Source: Candidatus Azophilus sp. (GTDB taxonomy: Bacteria > Pseudomonadota > Gammaproteobacteria > Pseudomonadales > Azotimanducaceae). From it: a stretch of DNA of 64,000 nucleotides. The stretch spans positions 2,706,334-2,770,333 of the forward strand of contig OZ244921.1 of the NCBI GenBank assembly GCA_965221755.1. Direction: 5' to 3'. Positions 35,599 to 43,865 of the stretch are shown here, in pieces. Both the position numbers and the translations under genes were made by a program. Under the pieces are notes generated by a model. The model was given only the letters and a program-made list of their open reading frames with translations. It was not told where the DNA came from and ran no database searches. How positions within the stretch are numbered: position 1 is the first letter of the stretch; every line of letters begins with the position of its first letter.

Positions 35599-35996
35599 CG
35601 TCCCGCCTTCGACTGGACCGCTGGCATGCGCGCCCCGAACTCACGGCGGCGATCGATCCCCGGCGTTTTCGGGCGCCGGGTTGCGCAGCAACTCGAACGC
35701 TTCGCCGCCGGCGCTGCGCCATTCGTCAGCTCGCGCTCCGAAGCGTCCCGCCTTCGACTGGACCGCTGGCATGCGCGCCCCGAACTCACGGCGGCGATCG
35801 ATCCCCGGCGTTTTCGGGCGCCGAGTTGCGCAGCAACTCGAACGCTTCGCCGCCGGCGCTGCGCCATTCGTCAGCTCGCGCTCCGAAGCGTCCCGCCTTC
35901 GACTGGACCGCTGGCATGCGCGCCCCGAACTCACGGCGGCGATCGATCCCCGGCGTTTTCGGGCGCCGAGTTGCGCAGCAACTCGAACGCTTCGCC
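35599..35996. repeat. 145-bp tandem repeat, 2.7 near-identical copies
   Basis: Unit starts at 35599, 35744 and 35889. Copies 1 and 2 differ at one position that I could see. The unit contains the lptE 3' end and stop plus the lptE-holA spacer. Confidence 0.9.
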
Positions 35997-36482
35997 GTAG
36001 GCGAAGCGCAGGCTGCGCAGCATCTGCTGCACTAGGGCGGTCGTCAGCTCCTGTTCAATCAGGGCCTCCTCCTCGCTGCTGCCGGCGAGGCTGCCGCGGT
36101 CGATGTTGAAGACTCTTGAGGCCCTGATCCAGGCCGGATCGATCAAGCTCTCCGCGTCGGCCCGGATGCCGAACTGCACCCCCAGGGTGAGTTCAAACTC
36201 CGCCGCCCGCGACCCGGCGGTCAATGAGGCCACGCGGCGGCTGCGGCTTTCGTTGACGATCTGGACCACCAGGTCGGCATCGTCGGCGCTGGCGCTCGAC
36301 GCGGCGCCGGCTTGGCGCAAGGCGTCGCGCAGCGGCGCGGCCATGCGGCTTAAGGCGTCGGCCTGGACGTGGACGCTGAGCGCCGCATCCGAGAAGTCCC
36401 AGGAGCGCAGCTGGAAGCCGCAACCCGCGGCCGCAAGCGTCGTCCCGATGAGCCCCAAGGTCGCCAACAGTCGCTTGCCCAC
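35931..36482 (-). CDS. lptE: LPS-assembly lipoprotein LptE
   Basis: VGKRLLATLGLIGTTLAAAGCGFQLR (lipobox + GFQLR) from GTG 36482. The track ORF extends to GTG 36626 through repeat-derived sequence. The C-terminus ends inside the 145-bp repeat. Confidence 0.7.
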   Translation of the reverse strand: MGKRLLATLGLIGTTLAAAGCGFQLRSWDFSDAALSVHVQADALSRMAAPLRDALRQAGAASSASADDADLVVQIVNESRSRRVASLTAGSRAAEFELTLGVQFGIRADAESLIDPAWIRASRVFNIDRGSLAGSSEEEALIEQELTTALVQQMLRSLRFAYGEAFELLRNSAPENAGDRSPP

Positions 36483-36512
36483 CCTTTGAGGGCGGGACGC
36501 CCTCGCTGCTGG

Positions 36513-36560
36513 GGAGCCTCTGATCAAGCCCCGTTCGTTCAGCGCTTGACTGCTTGGGGA
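36513..36560 (+). repeat. solo left end of MITE family B
   Basis: GGAGCCTCTGATCAAGCCCCGTTCGTTCAGCGCTTGACTGCTTGGGGA is nearly identical to 40348-40396. Confidence 0.75.
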
Positions 36561-36622
36561 TCGAAACGATCGCGTAGAGCGGAGCGCCGGACCCGCAGGC
36601 GCGGCATGGGCGGCTGCGACGG

Positions 36623-39106
36623 TCACGCGGCGACCAGGTTGATGAGCTTGTTGGGCACGTAGATCACTTTGCGCACCTGCTTGCCGGCCAAGTGGCGGGC
36701 CACGTTGCCGTCCAGTTCGGCCGCCTCGCGGACCCTGTCCTCGCTCGCTTCGGGCGAGACCGTCACCTCACCGCGCAGCTTGCCGTTGACCTGCACGGCG
36801 ATGTTCAGGGTCGCATCGACCAGCTTGGCCGGGTCGTGGGCGGGCCAACGGGCGCTGGCGAACAGGCCGCCCTCGAACCCCAGCCGCTCGTAAAGCTCCT
36901 CGCAGACATGGGGGGCGAAGGGCGCCGCCATCACCACCAGGGGCGCAAGCTCCGCAACGCGCGGGGTGCGGCCGCCGGCGCGCACCACGTTCATGTACTC
37001 CATCATGGCGGCGATGGCGGTGTTGAACTGCAGCTCGGGCAGTTGCTCGGTGACCTGGCGGATGGTGCGGTGCAGCGCCCGCTCGACCTGGGGCTGCGGC
37101 GGCAGGTCCGCATCGCCGTCGGCTTCGGCGACGCTCTGCCAGAGCCGGTTCAGGAAGCTGAACGGGCCTTGGATGCCGCTGCCCCGGTAGTCGCCGCCCT
37201 GTTCGTAGGCGCCCAGGAACATGAGGTAGAGGCGCAGGGTGTCGGCGCCGTACTGGTTGATGATGGCGTCCGGCGAGATCACGTTGCCCTTGCTCTTGGA
37301 CATCTTGCGCCCCTCGCGAATCAGCAGGCCGTGGGCGCGAAACCGCTTGAACGGCTCGCTGAAGCCGATGATGCCAAGCTCATGCAGGGCCATGGTGAGG
37401 AAGCGGGCGTACATCAGGTGCAGCACGGCGTGCTCGTTGCCGCCGATGTAGGAGTCCACCGGCAGCCATTTGGCCGTCAACTGCGGCTCGATGGCGAGGT
37501 CGTCGCGGCCGGTGGAGGGATAGCGGAGGAAGTACCAGCCGCTGCACAGGAAGTTGTCGGTGACGTCGGTGTCGCGATGGGCGTCCCGGCCGCAGGCCGG
37601 GCAGGGCGCGTTGAACCAGTTCGTGGCCCGCGCCAAGGGGCTTTGGCCGCTGTCGTCGGGTCGAAAGTCCTCAAGCTGGGGCAGTTCCACCGGCAACTCG
37701 TCCTCCGGCACCGGCACCGCGCCGCAGGCCGTGCAGTGGATGATGGGAATGGGCGGTCCCCAGTAGCGTTGCCGGGACACGCACCAGTCGCGCAGCCGGT
37801 AGTTGGTCCGGGCCCGGGCGCTGCCCTCGGCCTCGAGCCGCTCGACGATGGCCCGCTTGGCGCGCGCCGCAGTCAAGCCGTCGAAGTCGCCGGAGTTCAC
37901 GAGGGTGCCCTCGCCTGAATAGGCCTCGGCCAAGGGCGTTTCGGCATCCTCTCCGGGTGCGGCGACCACCCGCACGATGGGCAGGCCGAAGGCTTGGGCG
38001 AACTCGAAGTCGCGGGCGTCGTGGCCGGGCACCGCCATGATCGCCCCGGTGCCGTAGCCCATGAGCACGTAGTCCGCGATCCAGACGGGAATCCGCGCGC
38101 CGTTCACCGGATTGATGGCGTGGCCGCCGGTGAACACGCCGCTCTTGCCCTTGTCGGCCTTCTGCCGTTCCACGAGATCCCGGCGCGCGACCTCGGCCCG
38201 GTAGGCGTCCACCGCCGGCTGCGCGTCGGCGGCGGTGACGGCATCCACCAAGGGATGCTCCGGGGCCAGCACCATGTAGGTGGCTCCGAACAGGGTGTCG
38301 GGCCGGGTGGTGAACACGCGGATGCGGGCGCTGCCGCCCTCGTCGGCATCGACGGGGCTTGCCGCGCCGCCGCTTTCAGCGATCGCGAAGCTGACCTCGG
38401 CGCCTTGGCTGCGGCCGATCCAAGCGGCTTGCGCCTTCTTGGTGACGTCCGACCAGTCCATGTCGGCCAAGTTGTCGAGCAGTTGGCCGGCGTAGTCGGT
38501 GATGCGGAGGAACCACTGCGGCAGCCGGCGCTGCTCCACCATTGATTCGCAGCGTTCGCACAAGCCGCCCAAGACCTGTTCGTTGGCCAGCACCGTCATG
38601 CAGGACGGGCACCAGTTGACCGGCGCCTCCCGCCGCTCCACGAGGCCGGCTTCATGGAGCTTGAGAAACACCCACTGGGTCCAGCGGTAGTAGCTGACGT
38701 CGGTGGTGTTCACGGTGTGGTTCCAGTCGAACATGCCGCCGAAGCGCTGCAGGGTGCGGGTGAAGCTCTCGATGTTCCTGGGGATCAGGTCCTGCGGGTT
38801 GGCGCCCACCTTCAGGGCATGGTTTTCGGAGTGGATGCCGAAGGCGTCAAAGCCGATGGGCTGGAAGACGTCCTTGCCGTTGAGCCGCTGGAAGCGGCCG
38901 TTCACGTCGGCGCCGGTGTAGGCGTAGAGGTTGCCGATGTGCAGCCCCTCCGCAGACGGGTAGGGGAACATCATCAGGTTGTAGTAGGGGTTCTCGGCGC
39001 TCGCCAATTGCGCATCGGTCAGGCGGTTGACGCCGTCGCGCTCCCACCGCTTACGCCACTTGCGCTCCACGGCTTCCGGCGAGTAGCGGTCGTGTTCGTT
39101 GGTCAT
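36623..39106 (-). CDS. leuS: leucine--tRNA ligase
   Basis: 827 aa. PYPSAEGLHIGN (HIGH), KMSKSKGN (KMSKS), editing-domain blocks. Confidence 0.95.
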   Translation of the reverse strand: MTNEHDRYSPEAVERKWRKRWERDGVNRLTDAQLASAENPYYNLMMFPYPSAEGLHIGNLYAYTGADVNGRFQRLNGKDVFQPIGFDAFGIHSENHALKVGANPQDLIPRNIESFTRTLQRFGGMFDWNHTVNTTDVSYYRWTQWVFLKLHEAGLVERREAPVNWCPSCMTVLANEQVLGGLCERCESMVEQRRLPQWFLRITDYAGQLLDNLADMDWSDVTKKAQAAWIGRSQGAEVSFAIAESGGAASPVDADEGGSARIRVFTTRPDTLFGATYMVLAPEHPLVDAVTAADAQPAVDAYRAEVARRDLVERQKADKGKSGVFTGGHAINPVNGARIPVWIADYVLMGYGTGAIMAVPGHDARDFEFAQAFGLPIVRVVAAPGEDAETPLAEAYSGEGTLVNSGDFDGLTAARAKRAIVERLEAEGSARARTNYRLRDWCVSRQRYWGPPIPIIHCTACGAVPVPEDELPVELPQLEDFRPDDSGQSPLARATNWFNAPCPACGRDAHRDTDVTDNFLCSGWYFLRYPSTGRDDLAIEPQLTAKWLPVDSYIGGNEHAVLHLMYARFLTMALHELGIIGFSEPFKRFRAHGLLIREGRKMSKSKGNVISPDAIINQYGADTLRLYLMFLGAYEQGGDYRGSGIQGPFSFLNRLWQSVAEADGDADLPPQPQVERALHRTIRQVTEQLPELQFNTAIAAMMEYMNVVRAGGRTPRVAELAPLVVMAAPFAPHVCEELYERLGFEGGLFASARWPAHDPAKLVDATLNIAVQVNGKLRGEVTVSPEASEDRVREAAELDGNVARHLAGKQVRKVIYVPNKLINLVAA

Positions 39107-39221
39107 GTTTTGGTTTTTCGCTCAATGCGCCCCGTTTGGTCCAAATCCCGCAGAACCCACTTCCGTGCGTTTGCGGCCACGCTTGCACGGTCAGTCGTCG
39201 GGCACGGGTTGTCGAGGGACG

Positions 39222-40235
39222 TTACCACCCGTAACGATCCCGGATGTAATCGCTCCATTGGGAGGCCGCATCCCCGCAACGCCGTCTTACGGCGGCCGCC
39301 ATGACGCTGGGGGAGACGACGGCGAATGCCTCATCCGGTGGTTGCGCAATTGCAGCTCGCACTGCTTCCTCAACGGTTCGCGCGGACTTGAATGCCGCCT
39401 TTAGGTCCGGAGACGTGATTCGCTCCCGGTATGCACGGTTTCCTTCGGGGACGACGATTGCCACCTTGGCCATGCTAACGCCAAGTTCGCTGTTCCTGAC
39501 CATTCGTTCAGCAAGCAGCCTCTGCCGCATGATCTGATAGAAGGGCTCGTAAAGCCAGGCCGTGACGGGAACTCGCCCCGTGAAAAAGCTCGATTTGGCA
39601 TACATCCCACCGTACCGCTCTCGCCGCGTCTCACCCCTAGGGCCATCGCCCAGGTACTCACCTGCGTACTTCTCGGCATACTTCCACTCAAGCAGGTATG
39701 CGCGCCGTCCGACGCTCGTCTCAGCAATGACGAAAGCATCGATGCTCGTGTTGTTCGCGCCCCTCGTCCTTTGCCCCGGGCCCTCCAAGGCGTGTTCCAG
39801 TCCGATCCACTCGATCTCGACCGGCGAGCTCGTTCCAAGTAGGGGATCCTCAATAGGCGCGATCCCCTCTATGTCTTCGTCGATCCCTGACAGCGCGGCT
39901 GCCAGTGCGGTTGGTGAATCCGCCAGCGGCAGCATGAAGTTGACGCAGGCCAACTGGGAACTCAAGAGATTCCGGGTCGGCCCCGAACCTCCTGATGGGT
40001 CTCCGCTTTGCGGGGATCTCCACCATTTGATCCGCCGGTCTTGAAAGAACCGCCGCGCTCCCTGTTTGCCGCGAAGTGGCGGATACAGATTCTCCTCTTC
40101 GCAGCCCAGCGCCAGCAGGTGACCGTGCTTGCGTCCCGCATCGTCGGTTGGGGATCGCCCTTCGGCACTGACTGTCGGCGACTCACGGCGAAATGTTGCC
40201 TGCCGATGCCTCTCTCGTGTTGCGAAGTCCGCCAT
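39222..40235 (-). CDS. hypothetical protein with PD-(D/E)xK nuclease-like motif (orphan)
   Basis: 337 aa. SSQLACVNFMLPL near the N-terminus. IDAFVIAE...AYLLEWKYAEKY fits D...ExK. It is wedged between leuS and lnt next to a MITE. I recognise no family. Confidence 0.5.
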   Translation of the reverse strand: MADFATRERHRQATFRRESPTVSAEGRSPTDDAGRKHGHLLALGCEEENLYPPLRGKQGARRFFQDRRIKWWRSPQSGDPSGGSGPTRNLLSSQLACVNFMLPLADSPTALAAALSGIDEDIEGIAPIEDPLLGTSSPVEIEWIGLEHALEGPGQRTRGANNTSIDAFVIAETSVGRRAYLLEWKYAEKYAGEYLGDGPRGETRRERYGGMYAKSSFFTGRVPVTAWLYEPFYQIMRQRLLAERMVRNSELGVSMAKVAIVVPEGNRAYRERITSPDLKAAFKSARTVEEAVRAAIAQPPDEAFAVVSPSVMAAAVRRRCGDAASQWSDYIRDRYGW

Positions 40236-40340
40236 CGAATTACGTCCTGAACCGATGGCTGCAAATTCTACTTGACCTTTTCCTGTCTTGTCGCCAAACG
40301 AGCCAAAGCGACGTTCTGAAGCGCTCGTTTGATACGTTGA

Positions 40341-40610
40341 CGTTTAAGGAGCCTCTGATCAAGTCCCCGTTCGTTCAGCGCTTCACTGCTTGGGGATGGA
40401 AATGAGCCCGCAATGAGGCGCGCAACATCCGCAGGCGGAGCGGAACTCGGGCCCAAGCACCGTGAAGCGCCCTTCGGGAGCGCCTGTGGGGCGCGCTGGC
40501 GGCGTTGCGGCTCATTGTGTGGGGGCCTGCCACACGGCTTCGCCGCGCCTTGCCGGCGCGCCCCACAGGCCGCTCTGAACTTCCAGGACTTAATCAGAGG
40601 CTCCTTAACG
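40341..40610. mobile_element. MITE family B, 270 bp with ~22-bp terminal inverted repeats
   Basis: Left end CGTTTAAGGAGCCTCTGATCAAG (40341-40363). Right end CTTAATCAGAGGCTCCTTAACG (40589-40610), its reverse complement with 1 indel and 1 mismatch. No ORF inside. The lnt stop TAA (40605-40607) lies in the right TIR. Confidence 0.7.
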
Positions 40611-42338
40611 TTTCATATGGACATTCCAAGCGAAGGCCAGCAGGCTGCCCAAGCAGATCGCCACCAGCCAGCCGTCGCCGAAGCGGCCGTAGGGCGTGCG
40701 CCCGGCCATGATCCGGAAGTCGCCGAGCAGCACCCCGCGCTCGAATTGCGGCAGCCGCGCCCGCACCTGTCCGCGATGGTCGATCACGGCCGTGATGCCG
40801 TTGTTGGCGGCCCGCAGCAGCCAGCGGCCGTTCTCCAGCGCCCGCGCTTGGGCGATTTGCAGGTGCTGCAGGGGGCCGATGCTGCGACCGAACCAGGTGT
40901 CATTGGTGATGGCCAGGATCAGGTCGGCTTGGTTGGCGGCGTTCCGCGTCAGGTTGGCGTAGGCGATTTCGTAGCAGATGGCCATCGCCGCGCGATCCTC
41001 GCCCAAGGCGAGGGGTGGCTGGCGCCAAGGCCCGGGCGCGGCTCGGGACATGGGCAGGTCAAAGAACTCGATCAGGCCGCGCAGCGCGTTCTCCAGGGGT
41101 ACGTAGTCGCCGAACGGCACCAAGCGCCGCTTGACGTAGCGGCCATCGCCCCGGCCGATGGCCATGGCGGCGTTTTGGAACCGGTGGTCCCCATCCGCTG
41201 TCCTTTCCGTGCTGGGAATGCCCAGCACCAAGCTGGTGCCGGACGCTTGGCCGCGCTCGTCCCAACGTTGCAGCCAAGGCGCCGCCTCATGTTCGAGCAA
41301 TGTAATGGCGGCCTCCGGCCAGAGGATCAAATCCCGGCCCCAGTGCGGTTCGGTCAGTTCCCGGTAGCGGTTGATGACGGGCATTCGGTTGTCGCGATCC
41401 CACTTCACCGCCTGATCGACGTTGCCCTGCACCAGCGCCGCGGATCGCGTCGCCCGCGGTTCCACCCACTGCGTTCCGGACAGGGCCAGGCCGATCAGCC
41501 AAGGCGTGGCGGCGACGGCCCCGGACATGGCGCGAATGGCGGCGGATTGCCTGTCGAACAGGGCCGAGACGAGGCAGCTTGCCGTCACGACGATGCCAAG
41601 GCTCGCGAGGCTGACGCCGCCGACCGGCAGCAGGTTCGCCAAGGGCGTGCGCAAGTGGCCATAGCCGGGGTAGAGCCAAGGAAAGCCGGTGAGAAACCAA
41701 GTCAGCACCCACTCGAACGCCACCCAGACGGCGGCGAACAGCCAAGCGTTGGACAACGCCGCAGCCCCGTTCGGGAAACGGCTCCCATTCGCGACGGGAG
41801 CGCTACCGCCCGAACCCGTGGTTCGCATTGGCATTTCACTGGCGCGAAACGCCTTGCCGGTCGAACGGGCTTCCCGGCTCAAGGGCGTCCCGCCCTCGGA
41901 TGGCGGGCAGCGCCGCTGCGCCTCGCGCTGGGCGTCCCACGGGTGAACGGCCCGTTCCCCAAGCGCCGACGGCCCGCTGCCTGCGTCCGAATGGCGTTCA
42001 ATCCGAAGCCAGGCGTACAGTCGGGCCTGCGCCAAGCTGAACAAGGACAGCCCGGCCACGAACATCAGCACCAGCAGGGCGGCTAGGGGCGGCGATGCGT
42101 TGCCGTAGTCGTGAATGCTCACATAGACCCAGCTCACGCCGACGCCGAACTTGCCGAAGCCGTAGGCGAATCCCAAGGCCCAAGCCGACGCTGCCCGGCG
42201 GTTGAGCAGCCAGAACCAGCCGCCGATCGAAACCAAGCCCAGCGGCCACCAGTTGAAGGGCGCCAAGGCCAAGGGCAGCAGCGCTCCGCAGGCCAAGGCG
42301 GCAAGCAGCCCGGAAAATCCGCCAAGGGGCTTGGGCAA
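40605..42338 (-). CDS. lnt: apolipoprotein N-acyltransferase with an ~70-aa loop insertion
   Basis: 577 aa. TM-rich N-terminus with LTGFPWL; nitrilase-like domain with ALVQGNVDQAVKWD, LILWPEAA, LVPFGDYVP. Confidence 0.85.
   Translation of the reverse strand: MPKPLGGFSGLLAALACGALLPLALAPFNWWPLGLVSIGGWFWLLNRRAASAWALGFAYGFGKFGVGVSWVYVSIHDYGNASPPLAALLVLMFVAGLSLFSLAQARLYAWLRIERHSDAGSGPSALGERAVHPWDAQREAQRRCPPSEGGTPLSREARSTGKAFRASEMPMRTTGSGGSAPVANGSRFPNGAAALSNAWLFAAVWVAFEWVLTWFLTGFPWLYPGYGHLRTPLANLLPVGGVSLASLGIVVTASCLVSALFDRQSAAIRAMSGAVAATPWLIGLALSGTQWVEPRATRSAALVQGNVDQAVKWDRDNRMPVINRYRELTEPHWGRDLILWPEAAITLLEHEAAPWLQRWDERGQASGTSLVLGIPSTERTADGDHRFQNAAMAIGRGDGRYVKRRLVPFGDYVPLENALRGLIEFFDLPMSRAAPGPWRQPPLALGEDRAAMAICYEIAYANLTRNAANQADLILAITNDTWFGRSIGPLQHLQIAQARALENGRWLLRAANNGITAVIDHRGQVRARLPQFERGVLLGDFRIMAGRTPYGRFGDGWLVAICLGSLLAFAWNVHMKR
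41751..42005 (+). repeat. diverged family-A REP-like sequence translated in frame within lnt (residues ~112-196)
   Basis: 41810-41853 CCGAACCcgtGGTTCGCATTGGCATTTCACtggcGCGAAACGCC has the same two-hairpin layout as 30771-30816. It is translated as ...GKAFRASEMPM..., compared with SAEFRASETP in shadow ORFs over other copies. Confidence 0.5.
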
Positions 42339-42353
42339 GCGCAGCGCTCTCGC

Positions 42354-42938
42354 TCAGCGCCGCCAGGGCGGCACGCCGTCCCAATCGAAGGGCTCTATGC
42401 CATGGTCGCAGAGCTGCCAGACACTGGCGGAGGCGGAGCCGTCCTTAAGCTCCAGAAAGCCGATGGTGCCGAATTGGGTGTCGTAGTTGTGCGGATAGGT
42501 GGCCGAGCCGGGATTGACGCAGAGCACCCCGTCGATGGTGGCGATGCGCTCCACGTGGGTGTCGCCGGAAACGATGACGTCGGGTCTGCGTTCCGGGAAG
42601 AAGCGCTCGATCCAGCGTGCCAATGTGAAGTTCGGGGGGCGCTCCGGCACCGGCACGTAGTGGGTCAGGCCCACCCACAAGCCTTCCAATTGCAGCAGCC
42701 AGGCCGGCTTCACCCGTGCGTCCTCGGGCTGCACCGGGCGACCGCCGCTGCCGTCCTCGCCATTCCCGCGCGCGGCATGGACCGGGGCGATGCGCTCCAG
42801 CTCGTCGAGCACCCAGAACTCGTGGATGTCGCCGCCGTGGAAGATGGCGTCAACGCCGGCGAAGGCGTCGAGCACCTGCGGCCAGAGGAAGTTGGCGGCT
42901 TCCGGCAAGTGGGTGTCGGATATCAGGCCGATCTTGAT
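42354..42938 (-). CDS. YfcE-like metallophosphoesterase; probable non-canonical ATC start
   Basis: GDTHVERI and GSATYPHN blocks. The essential N-terminal GLISDTH motif lies upstream of the track's TTG start (42908). Reading TAA-AGGAGCAAGCCC-ATC AAG ATC GGC CTG ATA TCC GAC ACC CAC, there is no ATG/GTG/TTG in between. Confidence 0.65.
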   Translation of the reverse strand: MKIGLISDTHLPEAANFLWPQVLDAFAGVDAIFHGGDIHEFWVLDELERIAPVHAARGNGEDGSGGRPVQPEDARVKPAWLLQLEGLWVGLTHYVPVPERPPNFTLARWIERFFPERRPDVIVSGDTHVERIATIDGVLCVNPGSATYPHNYDTQFGTIGFLELKDGSASASVWQLCDHGIEPFDWDGVPPWRR

Positions 42939-43005
42939 GGGCTTGCTCCTTTAAGGAAAGCGCGTGTCGGAAATCAGGCCAGCCTTGATGGGCTTGCTCC
43001 TTAAG
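42913..43005. repeat. 51-bp-period tandem duplication of the phosphoesterase RBS and first codons
   Basis: GTGTCGGATATCAGGCCGATCTTGATGGGCTTGCTCCTTTAAG (42913-42955) versus GTGTCGGAAATCAGGCCAGCCTTGATGGGCTTGCTCCTTAAG (42964-43005). Confidence 0.85.
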
Positions 43006-43035
43006 CCAAGCGCATGTTCCAGGTCAGCCCGGCTC

Positions 43036-43761
43036 TCAATGCGCATGCGCCCTGAGGAATGCGGTCACCTGCCGCCGGGCGCTTTCCACGGCGTCGCCCT
43101 CCTTCCAGTCCTCGATGAGCGTCGCGTTGGTGGCCAGCGCGGCGACCTCGCGGGATATGGCTTCGGGATGGTAGAGGTCGTTGCCCTTCAGGACCAGCAG
43201 CGGAGTGGTCACTGAGGCGGTGAATTCCCGGGAGACGTTGAACAGAAAGTCGCCGCCGTACATGCTCTCGCCGAGTGCGGCCCAAGCGGCCTCGTCCACG
43301 TCGGGGCGCTGCGGCGCAAGCTCGGCCGCCCAGCCGTCGTACATCCGGCGGAACGCATCGCGATTGTCCTCAAGGCCGATGGGCTGAAACAGCACTGCGG
43401 CGGCGATGCGCTCCGGCGCCGCCTCGATCAGGCCCATGGCGTAGGCGCCGCCGATGCACATGCCGGCCACCAGGAAGCGCTGCGCGCCCAAATGCGCCAT
43501 CAGCCCGAGTTGGTCCGCCGCGTAGCTCGCCCAGGAGTCCTGGGCGGTCACCGGGGCGGTGGACTGACCGGCATTGCGCTGGTCCATGGCGATGACCCGG
43601 AATTCCCCGGAGAGATGCTCAATCGGGTTCCAGGGCGCGTTGGCCCAGAAGGCAATGGCGGACTTCATGCCGCCCGGGGCGATGAGCAGAATGGGGAAGC
43701 CGTCGGCGGGACCGGACTCCTCGTAGTGGATGTTGACGGCTCCGCAGCGAAAGTTGGGCAT
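43036..43761 (-). CDS. alpha/beta hydrolase
   Basis: 241 aa. FPILLIAPGGM, VIAMDQRNAGQS, nucleophile elbow-like VAGMCIGGAY. Confidence 0.7.
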   Translation of the reverse strand: MPNFRCGAVNIHYEESGPADGFPILLIAPGGMKSAIAFWANAPWNPIEHLSGEFRVIAMDQRNAGQSTAPVTAQDSWASYAADQLGLMAHLGAQRFLVAGMCIGGAYAMGLIEAAPERIAAAVLFQPIGLEDNRDAFRRMYDGWAAELAPQRPDVDEAAWAALGESMYGGDFLFNVSREFTASVTTPLLVLKGNDLYHPEAISREVAALATNATLIEDWKEGDAVESARRQVTAFLRAHAH

Positions 43762-43865
43762 GCGCAGGCTCCCTGTTGGCTGGCGTTGCTTGCGGCGAGT
43801 TCATTTCAGCCGCTTTTTCGGGTAAGTTGGCATCAGTTTAACGCCGCAGAGGAAGCGATTCGACC

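Noticed and set aside
35599-35996. Considered the 145-bp and 45-bp (2625-2845) tandem arrays as CRISPR-like
   Set aside because: The units abut directly without unique spacers and overlap coding sequence. They are plain tandem duplications.
36483-36626. lptE start at GTG 36626 (GTGA overlap with the leuS stop)
   Set aside because: It would put ~48 residues, largely encoded by the MITE family-B fragment, in front of the lipoprotein signal peptide. A lipobox so far from the N-terminus is implausible. It remains a formal alternative.
40413-42086. 557-aa plus-strand ORF opposite lnt, and 42111..43004 opposite the phosphoesterase
   Set aside because: Shadow ORFs. The lnt and phosphoesterase motifs are on the minus strand.
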